Part shown: positions 37,392 to 45,498 of the stretch, piece by piece
Layout: each line of letters starts with the position of its first letter
Position numbering within the stretch: the stretch's first letter is position 1
NCBI GenBank assembly: GCA_037138215.1
Contig: JBAXIU010000002.1
Location: 1 to 55,488, forward strand
DNA: 55,488 nucleotides
DNA from: Candidatus Peregrinibacteria bacterium
GTDB taxonomy: Bacteria; Patescibacteriota; Gracilibacteria; CAIRYL01
Direction of reading: 5' to 3'
Notes under the pieces: model-generated
What the model saw: the letters and a program-made list of their open reading frames with translations, nothing else
Databases searched by the model: none
What the model was told of the DNA's origin: nothing
Position numbers and translations under genes: made by a program

Positions 37392-37544
37392 TTATTGTGC
37401 GACAGGAAATAAAATATCCGTCACATCCACCACTCTTTCTGCCCCCATTTTCTGTATCCGGCTCATCACCTTGGCGTTAAAAATCGCCGTCTCTGCCCAC
37501 TTAATTGCTTCATCTGCCCGTGCAAAAAGTTCTTCGTAAGACAT
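37392..37544 (-). CDS. small hypothetical protein (50 aa, below ORF-track cutoff)
   Basis: The ATG at 37544 is preceded by TTTAACCTCC-T6. The protein is MSYEELFARADEAIKWAETAIFNAKVMSRIQKMGAERVVDVTDILFPVAQ. Confidence 0.45.
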   Translation of the reverse strand: MSYEELFARADEAIKWAETAIFNAKVMSRIQKMGAERVVDVTDILFPVAQ

Positions 37545-37584
37545 AAAAAAGGAGGTTAAAAAAACAATTTATCGAACCCGTCTC

Positions 37585-37878
37585 CTACTTTTCCCCACAA
37601 CACTCCCCCAATTCGCTACCATCCACGCCATGCAAAACGCCCATGCCGTCGTCGCAAACGCAAACGCGAGACCGTCGTTTATGTTGTGAAGCACTGCCGT
37701 GATGCCGACGAGGAAAAAGAGAGGTTTCATAAGGAGGAGGTAAAAAGATAGAGAAGAGGTCTTGCAAAAATTGCTTCCGTTCTGCTGGTGTTACAGGAGA
37801 TGTGTCATCCGGTGGTATCCAATACCACTCCATACGCGTCACTTCATTTTTTGCCGTAAGTGGGATGGTTCGCTTCAT
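37585..37878 (-). CDS. hypothetical early protein
   Basis: 97 aa, coupled to the upstream gene by a 4-nt overlap. Confidence 0.45.
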   Translation of the reverse strand: MKRTIPLTAKNEVTRMEWYWIPPDDTSPVTPAERKQFLQDLFSIFLPPPYETSLFPRRHHGSASQHKRRSRVCVCDDGMGVLHGVDGSELGECCGEK

Positions 37879-38063
37879 CGCGTAGGAAAAAGGATTTTTT
37901 CTCGTATTTCGTTCACAAATCGTTCCACCTGCTCACGGGTAATCTTGTTTTTCTTTTGGAAAACTGCTCCCATAGGGTGGGCAATTGCCTTCCTTTGGAT
38001 ACTGTGTTCTGTCTCTGCTACCCAGAGAGCCATAATCGATAATGATTCTTGAGAAAGTGGCAT
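37875..38063 (-). CDS. Cro/excisionase-like small early protein (first gene of leftward operon)
   Basis: 62 aa from MPLSQESLSIMALWVAETEHSIQRKAI..., divergent from the repressor gene. The call is positional. Confidence 0.4.
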   Translation of the reverse strand: MPLSQESLSIMALWVAETEHSIQRKAIAHPMGAVFQKKNKITREQVERFVNEIREKILFPTR

Positions 38064-38134
38064 AAAATAGAATGTTGTGAAAATATGTATGAATGATAAA
38101 TAAAAAACATCATTCACGGGTAAAATTTTTATAG

Positions 38135-38179
38135 TATAGGGAAGTTCCACATAATATTATTTTGGAAACACTTCCTATA
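38135..38179. promoter_or_regulatory. operator-like inverted repeat in the divergent switch region
   Basis: TATAGGGAAGT (38135-38145) pairs with ACTTCCTATA (38170-38179). The inner GGAAGTTCC is itself palindromic. Confidence 0.45.
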
Positions 38180-38270
38180 CCGTCTGAAGATATGGTAAAT
38201 AATAAATATCAAAATGTCAAGAAATAAGTATCAAAAATGAATACATTTTTATACAAAAAGATGTTTATAT

Positions 38271-38720
38271 TTGACTTGTTACTCATTTTATTTTAAAGTA
38301 TTGTCTAATGTGATATTTTTCATATTTCAAATAACATCAAAATACAGCAACAGGATACGGCAAAAGGTATTAAATTTATTTGATACATTCGGAACTCCTA
38401 AGATTAAGATGGGGGATTTTTTAGAAGGATCAAATGAGTATCGAGCCAAGCAGGCAAGGGCTAGGAGTTTCTTCAGTGGAAAAAGAGAATTAAACATGAC
38501 TGAAATAGAAAAGGTTGCAGAGTTTTTTAATAAACCTCTGGAGTATTTCCTCTACGAAGATTCAGATGCTCGTCAAGTAGCAGGTAGAGACAATAACGGA
38601 ATAATGATTCAAAACGGACATGGGGGTGTCGTAACTGTTACATCCCACGATAAAGACCTTATAGAACAGATAATAGGGTTGTCTGAAGAAAAGAAAGAAG
38701 CAATTAAACGCCTTTTGTAA
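38271..38720 (+). CDS. XRE/cI-like repressor (start uncertain; GTG 38310 possible)
   Basis: NRIRQKVLNLFDTFG...KMGDFLEGS...FSGKRELNMTEIEKVAEFFNKPLEYFL fits an XRE HTH layout. It is divergent from the early operon. A TTGACT-N17-TAAAGT promoter-like pair lies at 38271-38299. Confidence 0.6.
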   Translation: MTCYSFYFKVLSNVIFFIFQITSKYSNRIRQKVLNLFDTFGTPKIKMGDFLEGSNEYRAKQARARSFFSGKRELNMTEIEKVAEFFNKPLEYFLYEDSDARQVAGRDNNGIMIQNGHGGVVTVTSHDKDLIEQIIGLSEEKKEAIKRLL

Positions 38721-38734
38721 TTTTACTTTTTCTT

Positions 38735-39787
38735 ATGGAGATAAATGACTCTTTGAAGGCTTTATCAGATCGATTGCAGAAAATACGGGATACAATAAAA
38801 ACAGAAGAAGCTACCAAAAATGCTCTTGTTATGCCTTTTATACAAATATTGGGATATGATGTATTCGACCCACTGGAAGTAATCCCTGAGTTTATTGCGG
38901 ATATAGGAATTAAAAAAGGAGAAAAAGTAGATTATGCGATTGCAAAAGATGGCAAGCCGATGATCCTTATCGAGTGCAAAAATATTTTAGAAAAGCTAGA
39001 CCTCCATGGATCCCAATTATTCCGATACTTTCATACCACAAACGCGAAATTTGCTATTTTGACCAATGGAGTGGAGTACCGTTTTTACACAGACTTAAAC
39101 GAACCAAATAAAATGGACGATAAGCCATTCCTTTCTTTTGAGATAACGGCTTTAAATGAAAGAACTATTGAAGAACTGAAAAAATTTCATAAATCATATT
39201 TTGACATAGATGCAATTTCCAATAATGCCAGTGAATTAAAATATGGGAGAGAGATAAAGATAATTCTTGAAAAAGAATTGGAAAGCGTATCTGATGAATT
39301 TGTCCACTTTTTCGCCAAAAAGATATATGCAAAAAAATTGACAGAGAAAGCAATAAAAATGCTTTCAGAAGTTGTAAAGAAGTCATTTTCTGAATTCATA
39401 AAAGACCAAGTAAATGATCGTCTGAAATTAGCCCTTACAAAAGAGAATAAAAAAGATAGTGATGAAGAAATGAAAAACCAAAAAGAAAGTAAAATCGTCA
39501 CTACAGAAGAGGAGATTGAATCATTTTTCGTCGTTAAATCAATTTTGAGAGATAAGGTTGATATAAGTAGGGTTTACTATCGAGATGTAGAATCATATTT
39601 CGGGATACTTTTTGATAACAATAATCGCAAACCAATTTGTCGGATGTATCTTGATGGGGCTAAAAAATATATTTCTCTTATTGATGCAGAAAGAAACGAG
39701 GTAAAAAAGCAAATAGATGGTTTAAACGATATTTATAAATATGCGGAAGAAATTATAAAAATTGCCGAATATTACCAATCTCAATAA
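38735..39787 (+). CDS. HsdR-N-like PD-(D/E)xK nuclease-domain protein
   Basis: EEATKNALVMPFIQILGYDV...KVDYAIAKDGKPMILIECK...QLFRYF...AILTNGVEYRFY matches the type I restriction R-subunit N-terminal domain pattern. The D...E-x-K motif is intact. Confidence 0.7.
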   Translation: MEINDSLKALSDRLQKIRDTIKTEEATKNALVMPFIQILGYDVFDPLEVIPEFIADIGIKKGEKVDYAIAKDGKPMILIECKNILEKLDLHGSQLFRYFHTTNAKFAILTNGVEYRFYTDLNEPNKMDDKPFLSFEITALNERTIEELKKFHKSYFDIDAISNNASELKYGREIKIILEKELESVSDEFVHFFAKKIYAKKLTEKAIKMLSEVVKKSFSEFIKDQVNDRLKLALTKENKKDSDEEMKNQKESKIVTTEEEIESFFVVKSILRDKVDISRVYYRDVESYFGILFDNNNRKPICRMYLDGAKKYISLIDAERNEVKKQIDGLNDIYKYAEEIIKIAEYYQSQ

Positions 39788-39798
39788 CCCTGCTTTTT

Positions 39799-40008
39799 AT
39801 GCGCTTTGGATTTAGGGTCCCATCAATACGAAAGTCTTTTGCTGCTAAATTTTCAGCAAAGAGGGCGATCAAAAATGCTCTTGGAATTAGGGCACCGAGA
39901 GGTTTTGGCGTCTTTACAAACCAGAAAAAAGCTCTATACAATAGGGTTTATAGCAAAACTACCTTTGGTGTTGGTTTTTTTGGATTACTGAAAAAACTTT
40001 TTAAATAA
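39799..40008 (+). CDS. small highly basic protein
   Basis: 69 aa, K/R-rich (SIRKSFAAKFSAKRAIKNALGIRAPRGFGVF...YNRVYSKTTFGV). Confidence 0.45.
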   Translation: MRFGFRVPSIRKSFAAKFSAKRAIKNALGIRAPRGFGVFTNQKKALYNRVYSKTTFGVGFFGLLKKLFK

Positions 40009-40074
40009 CCATTTCCTATGAAAACCCCCACCATTCTTCTCACCGGTATTCTTTCTGTATTTTTAGTCTAAAAT

Positions 40075-40566
40075 ATGCCCCCAAAATTTACTACAACCGA
40101 GCTTTTAGAAGAATGGAGTACTCAAAAAATAACGATTGCAACAAAAGAACGAGAGTTTGTTATTTTTGCAGAAAGAGAGGTGTGGATGGCATCTCTCGGA
40201 GAAAATATTGGAGTGGAAATGAATGGAAAAAACTCAAACTTTTCCCGTCCTGTACTTATTTATAGAAAATACAATAAAGAGCAGTGTTTTATTTTCCCCC
40301 TCACTTCACAATATAAAAATGACAAATATCATTTAGATCTTTCTCACATCCCTTTTTTGATGAAGAGCATGGTATCTTTGACTCAAGGACGAACTATAGA
40401 CTCAAAACGGCTTATTAGAAAGATGGGGAGGCTCCCCAATAAAGATTTCGAGAATATAAAAAAAACGGCTCTAGGATTCCTAGAGCCTCGGTCGCCTTTC
40501 GGCAATAATGCAGAGACAATGGTACCGAACAAAAACGATAAAGTCAAAAAAACTTTTTCAGAATAG
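40075..40566 (+). CDS. MazF/PemK-fold toxin-like protein (no adjacent antitoxin recognised)
   Basis: REVWMASLGENIGVEMNGKNSNFSRPVLIYRKYNKEQCFIFPLTSQ fits the pattern GxiW...G.E..G....RPvlv....PlTs. Confidence 0.65.
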   Translation: MPPKFTTTELLEEWSTQKITIATKEREFVIFAEREVWMASLGENIGVEMNGKNSNFSRPVLIYRKYNKEQCFIFPLTSQYKNDKYHLDLSHIPFLMKSMVSLTQGRTIDSKRLIRKMGRLPNKDFENIKKTALGFLEPRSPFGNNAETMVPNKNDKVKKTFSE

Positions 40567-40578
40567 AAATAAAATAAC

Positions 40579-42039
40579 ATGAAAGTATACGCATACCTCA
40601 GAAAATCAACGGAAGGGGATGAGAACCAAATCCACTCACTCACGACTCAACGCCGTATAGTGGAAGATTTTGCGAACAAAAAAGGACTCCAAATCGACGA
40701 GTATATCGAAGAAGAAAAGACCGGATTCAAAGCCGGAGTGCGGAAAAAATTCAACGCTATGATGAGGGATTGCACAAAAACTGCCAAGAAAGGGGAAGAA
40801 GCGCATATCATCTTTTGGAAGGTCTCCCGTATAGGAAGGAACCGGAAAGATGCAGACCTCGCACTCGACGCCATGGAGGCAGGTGTACACTTCCATTTTA
40901 CGGAGGGTGATTTCCCCGACAACGCCACCGGCAGAAAAATTCTCAGGGACAAACTCTCCGATGCCATATACTATTCCGAAGACCTTTCGGAAAATGTAAA
41001 GGATGGGCAAGAAACATCCATTTCCAAGGGGTTATTCCCCGGGAGTTCCAAGCTCGGGTATCTCACACGCCCAGACCCTACAAAACCCCGCACAATCAAT
41101 CCTGACGAGGCATGGAAAATAAGAGAGGCATTCGAGAGAATTTCTCACGGGGAAAAAATGAAAGAAGTGGTGGAATGGCTCCAAAAATCAGTATACCTCA
41201 AAACATACGGAGGACGGGTAGCGTGCAGAAATACCCTGTACAACCTTTTCCACGATCCGTTTTATTGCGGAAAATTCTTGTGGAATGGGAAAATTTACGA
41301 GGGAACCCATGAGCCAATTATCAGCAAAGAACTTTTTACAACCGTCCAAGAAATTCTTGAGGGGAATAGAATCCCAAAAGTACAAAAACACATTTTCCTT
41401 TTTTTAGGGATGGTATTTTCGGATGGAGAAAAACTTTCCTGCTCCAAAAACCGAGAAAATTATTATTACCGAAGCAAAAAAACAGGTCTCCATCTCCGAG
41501 AGGAAGAAATAGAAAAATCATTTATCGAGATGCTCCAGGAAACAAATATGAAAGCCTCGTATATCGAAGAGATGCGAGAACGGGCAAAAAATATGCTAGG
41601 AATCCGAAACGAACAAATTTCCAATACCATCGGCATTGAAATGGCAAAGGTCTCCGCAATCCAGAACAGAATGAAAAATGCAGAAGATCTCCTCCTTGAT
41701 GGCAAAATCCCATACGAGAAATACCAAGAAATGGTCGAACGCCTAAAAAAAGAGCAAGCATCTATTCTGGAAGCCATTCCCCAGAAAAACACAAAATCAG
41801 AAGATGAGAAAACAAAGATACTTCACACTGTCATCGAACGCATACAAATCGCATCACGAAGCTACGAAACACTCCCAAAGCATCTCAAATCCCAGTTTAT
41901 TACCGCCATTCTCAGCTCGGTCGAACATTCTACAAACTCTGGGAAGCTAGGTTTAAAGCCTAAAAAAGCAACCCAAAGCGTGTTTGAGTTGCCGTTTGTC
42001 CAATCTGGCTGCCCGGGTTGGGATCGAACCAACGAATGA
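40579..42039 (+). CDS. large serine recombinase (prophage integrase)
   Basis: The resolvase-type N-terminus is MKVYAYLRKSTEGDENQIHSLTTQ with KVSRIGRN. The recombinase domain includes LYNLFHDPFYCGKF...HEPIISKELF. A C-terminal coiled coil follows. Confidence 0.85.
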   Translation: MKVYAYLRKSTEGDENQIHSLTTQRRIVEDFANKKGLQIDEYIEEEKTGFKAGVRKKFNAMMRDCTKTAKKGEEAHIIFWKVSRIGRNRKDADLALDAMEAGVHFHFTEGDFPDNATGRKILRDKLSDAIYYSEDLSENVKDGQETSISKGLFPGSSKLGYLTRPDPTKPRTINPDEAWKIREAFERISHGEKMKEVVEWLQKSVYLKTYGGRVACRNTLYNLFHDPFYCGKFLWNGKIYEGTHEPIISKELFTTVQEILEGNRIPKVQKHIFLFLGMVFSDGEKLSCSKNRENYYYRSKKTGLHLREEEIEKSFIEMLQETNMKASYIEEMRERAKNMLGIRNEQISNTIGIEMAKVSAIQNRMKNAEDLLLDGKIPYEKYQEMVERLKKEQASILEAIPQKNTKSEDEKTKILHTVIERIQIASRSYETLPKHLKSQFITAILSSVEHSTNSGKLGLKPKKATQSVFELPFVQSGCPGWDRTNE

Positions 42040-42080
42040 CGGAGTCAAAGTCCGTTGCCTTACCGCTTGGCGACCGGGCA
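42006..42080 (-). tRNA. tRNA-Gln (anticodon UUG), CCA encoded
   Basis: The reverse complement reads TGCCCGG-TC-GCC-AAGCGGTAA-GGC-A-ACGGA-CTTTGAC-TCCGT-CATTC-GTTGG-TTCGATC-CCAAC-CCGGGCA-G-CCA. All four stems pair. Confidence 0.9.
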
Positions 42081-42184
42081 GTATTTATAAAACAAGCGCC
42101 ATAAAATTCTTTCAAAGACCCGCAAAAAAATCAATAAGAAATTTTAAAAGAGACGCGTATGATATTTTTGTCTTATTTTTTTCT

Positions 42185-43495
42185 ATGATTTTTAAAGGAA
42201 TTCTCGTTACCGTTCTCTTAACTGTTTTTGGTCAACTGTTGCGTCTTCCCGTGGGAGGAGGAGCAGGAGTATTACTTTTAGATGCCTGGATTCCGCTTTT
42301 AGTGTGCGCTTGGGGATTTCAAAAATTTTGGAGATGGGGACAAAGAAAAAGCTTCTCATTTCCGAAAGAAATCGTTTTAAAGCCTTTTTTTTGGGGAGCA
42401 ATAGGATTTTTTGGAATCGCTTTGGGATCTTTACTATGGAATGCCCAGTATTTTGATTTTTTTACACTCCTGGAAAGCGGGTTTTATCTCTTTCGATACA
42501 GTTTTTTAGTACTTTTTGCGGTGGTAGTGATGGACGAAATGAATACTCCAGCGCGAATACAAATATTTTTAAAAACACTCGTTTTCTCTGCTGGGGGCTT
42601 GGTGTTGCTCGGATTTTTGCAGCTGGTATTTTTCCCCAATTTTACGGTAATGCAGGCGCAAGGCTGGGATCCCCATATTAACCGGCTGCTTTCCACTTGG
42701 TTTGATCCCAATTTTTTTGGAGGATTTCTCGCATTTTTCCTCTCTTTGTTTTTCGGTGTTTTGCTTTTTTCGCCCCTTACCAAAGGGGTTCCGCACATTC
42801 CCGACTTTTTAAAAAACAAGAGAGATACTTTTTTGGGAGCGCTGGCAGTAATTTTTTTCCTCGCACTCCTCCTTACCCTTTCTCGATCAGGATTTCTCTC
42901 ATTTTTAGTGGTGGGATTTCTCTTTGGCATTTTCTTTTTTCGCAAACTGCTCGCCATAGGGTTTCTGGCGATTTTGGTTTTACTCCCACTTTTTCCTCAC
43001 AGTTTTACACGCATTTCAGAGGGAGTTTCTTCTGTTTTTTCTGTTGCGCAGCAAGAAGAAAGTCTGTTTTTGCCAGATGCTACGGCCCGACTGCGAGTAG
43101 AGAATATGCAAGAAGGAATAGTCATGAGCCAAAAAAACCCATGGATTGGGGTGGGCTTTAATACTCTCCGATTTTTTCGAAATCAAGAACTCCATTCTTC
43201 TGGGGGGTTTGACGCATCGCTTTTAACCGTCCTCACCACCACGGGAATTTTGGGACTCGGGTTCTTCCTCTTCTTTTGGGGAGGAATGGCGTGGGAAGGA
43301 ATGAAAACTTTCAAAAATACTCAAAATACCGCTTTGCATCGCGGGATTTCTCTGGGTTTTTCAATCGGCAGTATGGGTATTTTAGTACACTCTTTTTTTG
43401 TAAATACCCTCTTTTTTCCACTCTTTCTCGTGTTCTTCTTTGGAATTTTTGGTCTCTTACACGCTACTGGATGGAGAAAAGATCACATTTTATAA
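42185..43495 (+). CDS. O-antigen ligase-like (Wzy_C) polytopic membrane protein
   Basis: Start MIFKGILV (the longer track ORF reads through the tRNA). It has more than 10 TM segments and the motif LLLTLSRSGFLSFLVVG. Confidence 0.7.
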   Translation: MIFKGILVTVLLTVFGQLLRLPVGGGAGVLLLDAWIPLLVCAWGFQKFWRWGQRKSFSFPKEIVLKPFFWGAIGFFGIALGSLLWNAQYFDFFTLLESGFYLFRYSFLVLFAVVVMDEMNTPARIQIFLKTLVFSAGGLVLLGFLQLVFFPNFTVMQAQGWDPHINRLLSTWFDPNFFGGFLAFFLSLFFGVLLFSPLTKGVPHIPDFLKNKRDTFLGALAVIFFLALLLTLSRSGFLSFLVVGFLFGIFFFRKLLAIGFLAILVLLPLFPHSFTRISEGVSSVFSVAQQEESLFLPDATARLRVENMQEGIVMSQKNPWIGVGFNTLRFFRNQELHSSGGFDASLLTVLTTTGILGLGFFLFFWGGMAWEGMKTFKNTQNTALHRGISLGFSIGSMGILVHSFFVNTLFFPLFLVFFFGIFGLLHATGWRKDHIL

Positions 43496-44191
43496 CGCTT
43501 CGCTAAATGCTGTTTTTTCTGCTGATTTCTTAATATTTTTCCAGTCGTAGGGGAATCGAAAATTTTCGTGGGTGCGAACCAGAGCACCAAACAGGGACCA
43601 AGGGGATAAAAATGGGTAAAGAAATGAATTTCCTGTTTCTAAATTGGGATTATAATCTTCTACAAATCGCGGAACAAATGGAGCGGGAGCAATAGGGACT
43701 ACACCATTTTGGAGGGCATTTTTTAAATCTTCGGCCATTATTTCCGGTTTTTCAGAGAAAAAAATGACGGTATCTGCTGCCCGAAGAATCTCGTCATACT
43801 CATGGTCTGCTACTATTACGCACCGATCTTTATGGTCTTTTTGGAAAGCAATAAGAATATCTCTATAGTGCTCTGAAGCATTTGCCCGAAATGCAATTTG
43901 TGCACCAAGTTCCGAAAGTCCAGGAAGCATATCCACCAAAACTTCAGCATTATGTTCCTCAAAAAGAGGAGTAACGATGCCCACTAAAAATCGCTTTTTA
44001 TCTCGTTCTATTCCATATTTTTTTTGAAAATCTTCTTTTATCTCTGCTGCAGATTTTTCAGGAGGATTTTCTCGAAAATGCATACTTTCAGGAGTTTCTG
44101 ATGAAGAAAACGAAAGCGCCGTAGGAGTGTCTCTGGTGGCGGTAGCAATCATGTGGTGTGTATGTGAAATGTTATCTGGATATACTACCAA
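43490..44191 (-). CDS. glycosyltransferase-like protein (resembles the C-terminal half of glycogen/starch synthase)
   Basis: The segment from ADTVIFFSEKPE to NALQNGVVPIAPAPFVPRFVEDYNPNLETGNSFLY and on to PYDWKNI resembles the GT-B C-terminal domain. It lacks the N-terminal half. Confidence 0.5.
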   Translation of the reverse strand: MVVYPDNISHTHHMIATATRDTPTALSFSSSETPESMHFRENPPEKSAAEIKEDFQKKYGIERDKKRFLVGIVTPLFEEHNAEVLVDMLPGLSELGAQIAFRANASEHYRDILIAFQKDHKDRCVIVADHEYDEILRAADTVIFFSEKPEIMAEDLKNALQNGVVPIAPAPFVPRFVEDYNPNLETGNSFLYPFLSPWSLFGALVRTHENFRFPYDWKNIKKSAEKTAFSEAL

Positions 44192-44301
44192 ATTTTTGCC
44201 AGTATTTCAATCCACTTCCTTTGCAAAAAAATAAAAAATATGGAAAAGATATACTTTTACCCGAGAGGAGATGGTAGTATGAAAGCAAATTTTATTTTTC
44301 C

Positions 44302-45312
44302 ATGTCGTCTGCTCCTGAAATTTTTCTCGCATTGGGTCCCGATGAATTTCTCCTCCGGGAACATCTCGACAACTATAAAACAGGAGCCACAAAAAAGTAT
44401 GGTGATTTTTCCGTTTCCACCGTTTCATTCCTGGACATTCCCCTGTCTGAACTACAAAACGAAGTCTTTTCTCCTCCATTTTTTGGGGGGAAGCGAGTGC
44501 TGTTTCTTTCGCATTTTCCTCCTGCCGCCTCTCCTGCATTATCCGAAGAAAAACGAGAATCCTATCTGTCATTTGTCGAGTCCCTCTCAGATATCCCAGA
44601 GGGAGTAGTATTAATTTTTTCGAGTGCTACACCAGATCGGAGGACAAAAATTTTTAAAGAAATGGAAAAAATCGCCAAATTAACATGGAAATTTGAATCT
44701 TTTGATGAGAAAAAGGATCCCCATCGCTTTTCAGAATGGATTATTGAACGGGCAAAACGATATGGAGGAGTTTTAGGTCAAAAAGAAGCCGAGTTTTTAA
44801 AAAATTATGCCGGACATTCTCTCAATGTACTGGATTTAGAACTGCAGAAACTCGCTCTTTTTTGCGCGGGAAAAACCATCACCCAAAAAGATATTGAATC
44901 CCTCTCCGTTCCAGCAAACGAAATAGCCGATTTTGCTTTTTCTAATGCCGTTGCCAGTGGGCGGTTTTCTCAGGTCAGTGAAGCATTTCAAGATCTTACT
45001 GAAAACTTTGAAGCAGGAATGATTTGGAACAGGGACATTCTTTCGGTTTTTCGGACACTTCTTAAGGTAAAAACATTATCTCTTACAAAAGATGATCCGA
45101 AAAGTTTAGGACTCCATCCGTTTGTGGTTTCCAATATGCGCAATATTGCTAATAGTGTTTCAGAGGAAAAACTTCTGGTTGCCTATAAAAAACTCTTAGA
45201 AATAGACTGTATGACAAAAGATGGGAGGCTCGCATTAACGGGCAATACTGACCCATTTTTTCTCACCATTGAAACACTTCTGCATGACATTTTTGGACAT
45301 CAAAAAAAATAG
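44302..45312 (+). CDS. holA: DNA polymerase III delta subunit
   Basis: 336 aa. The N-terminal pattern is IFLALGPDEFLLREHL...FSPPFFGGKRVLFLSHFP. The length and helical C-terminus are consistent with holA. Confidence 0.6.
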   Translation: MSSAPEIFLALGPDEFLLREHLDNYKTGATKKYGDFSVSTVSFLDIPLSELQNEVFSPPFFGGKRVLFLSHFPPAASPALSEEKRESYLSFVESLSDIPEGVVLIFSSATPDRRTKIFKEMEKIAKLTWKFESFDEKKDPHRFSEWIIERAKRYGGVLGQKEAEFLKNYAGHSLNVLDLELQKLALFCAGKTITQKDIESLSVPANEIADFAFSNAVASGRFSQVSEAFQDLTENFEAGMIWNRDILSVFRTLLKVKTLSLTKDDPKSLGLHPFVVSNMRNIANSVSEEKLLVAYKKLLEIDCMTKDGRLALTGNTDPFFLTIETLLHDIFGHQKK

Positions 45313-45438
45313 GTGCCTCAGACTCCTTCATCCCCAATGAGCCATTCGTAAGAGACAGAGAACATAAAAAATTAACACATTACCAGAGAAAAGAGGCCTG
45401 AAATACGAAGGAATAAGCCTATAAAAAGCAAAAAAGCC

Positions 45439-45466
45439 TTGCATCTCTTTAAAAATTGAATACAAT
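45439..45466 (+). promoter_or_regulatory. sigma-70-like promoter candidate
   Basis: TTGCAT (45439-45444), 16-nt spacer, TACAAT (45461-45466), about 30 nt upstream of ATG 45499. Confidence 0.35.
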
Positions 45467-45498
45467 TTTTGCACTGGTCGAATATTTTTTTTGAACGA

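Larger units (their letters stand above)
4318..42039. mobile_element. Integrated temperate siphovirus-like prophage (~38 kb); right end at tRNA-Gln, left end not resolved (could extend left of 4318)
   Basis: It contains contiguous lysogeny, early, replication, packaging, head, tail and lysis modules. A large serine recombinase sits at the right end and abuts a tRNA. Host housekeeping genes start right of 42080. Confidence 0.85.

Noticed and set aside
41984-42184. 5' extension of ORF 41984..43495
   Set aside because: The extension reads through the integrase 3' end and the tRNA-Gln. The membrane protein clearly starts at MIFKGILV (42185).
42484-42957. 157-aa minus-strand K/R-rich ORF
   Set aside because: It is antisense to the polytopic O-antigen-ligase-like gene. 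It is a mirror of the TTT/TTC-rich coding sequence.
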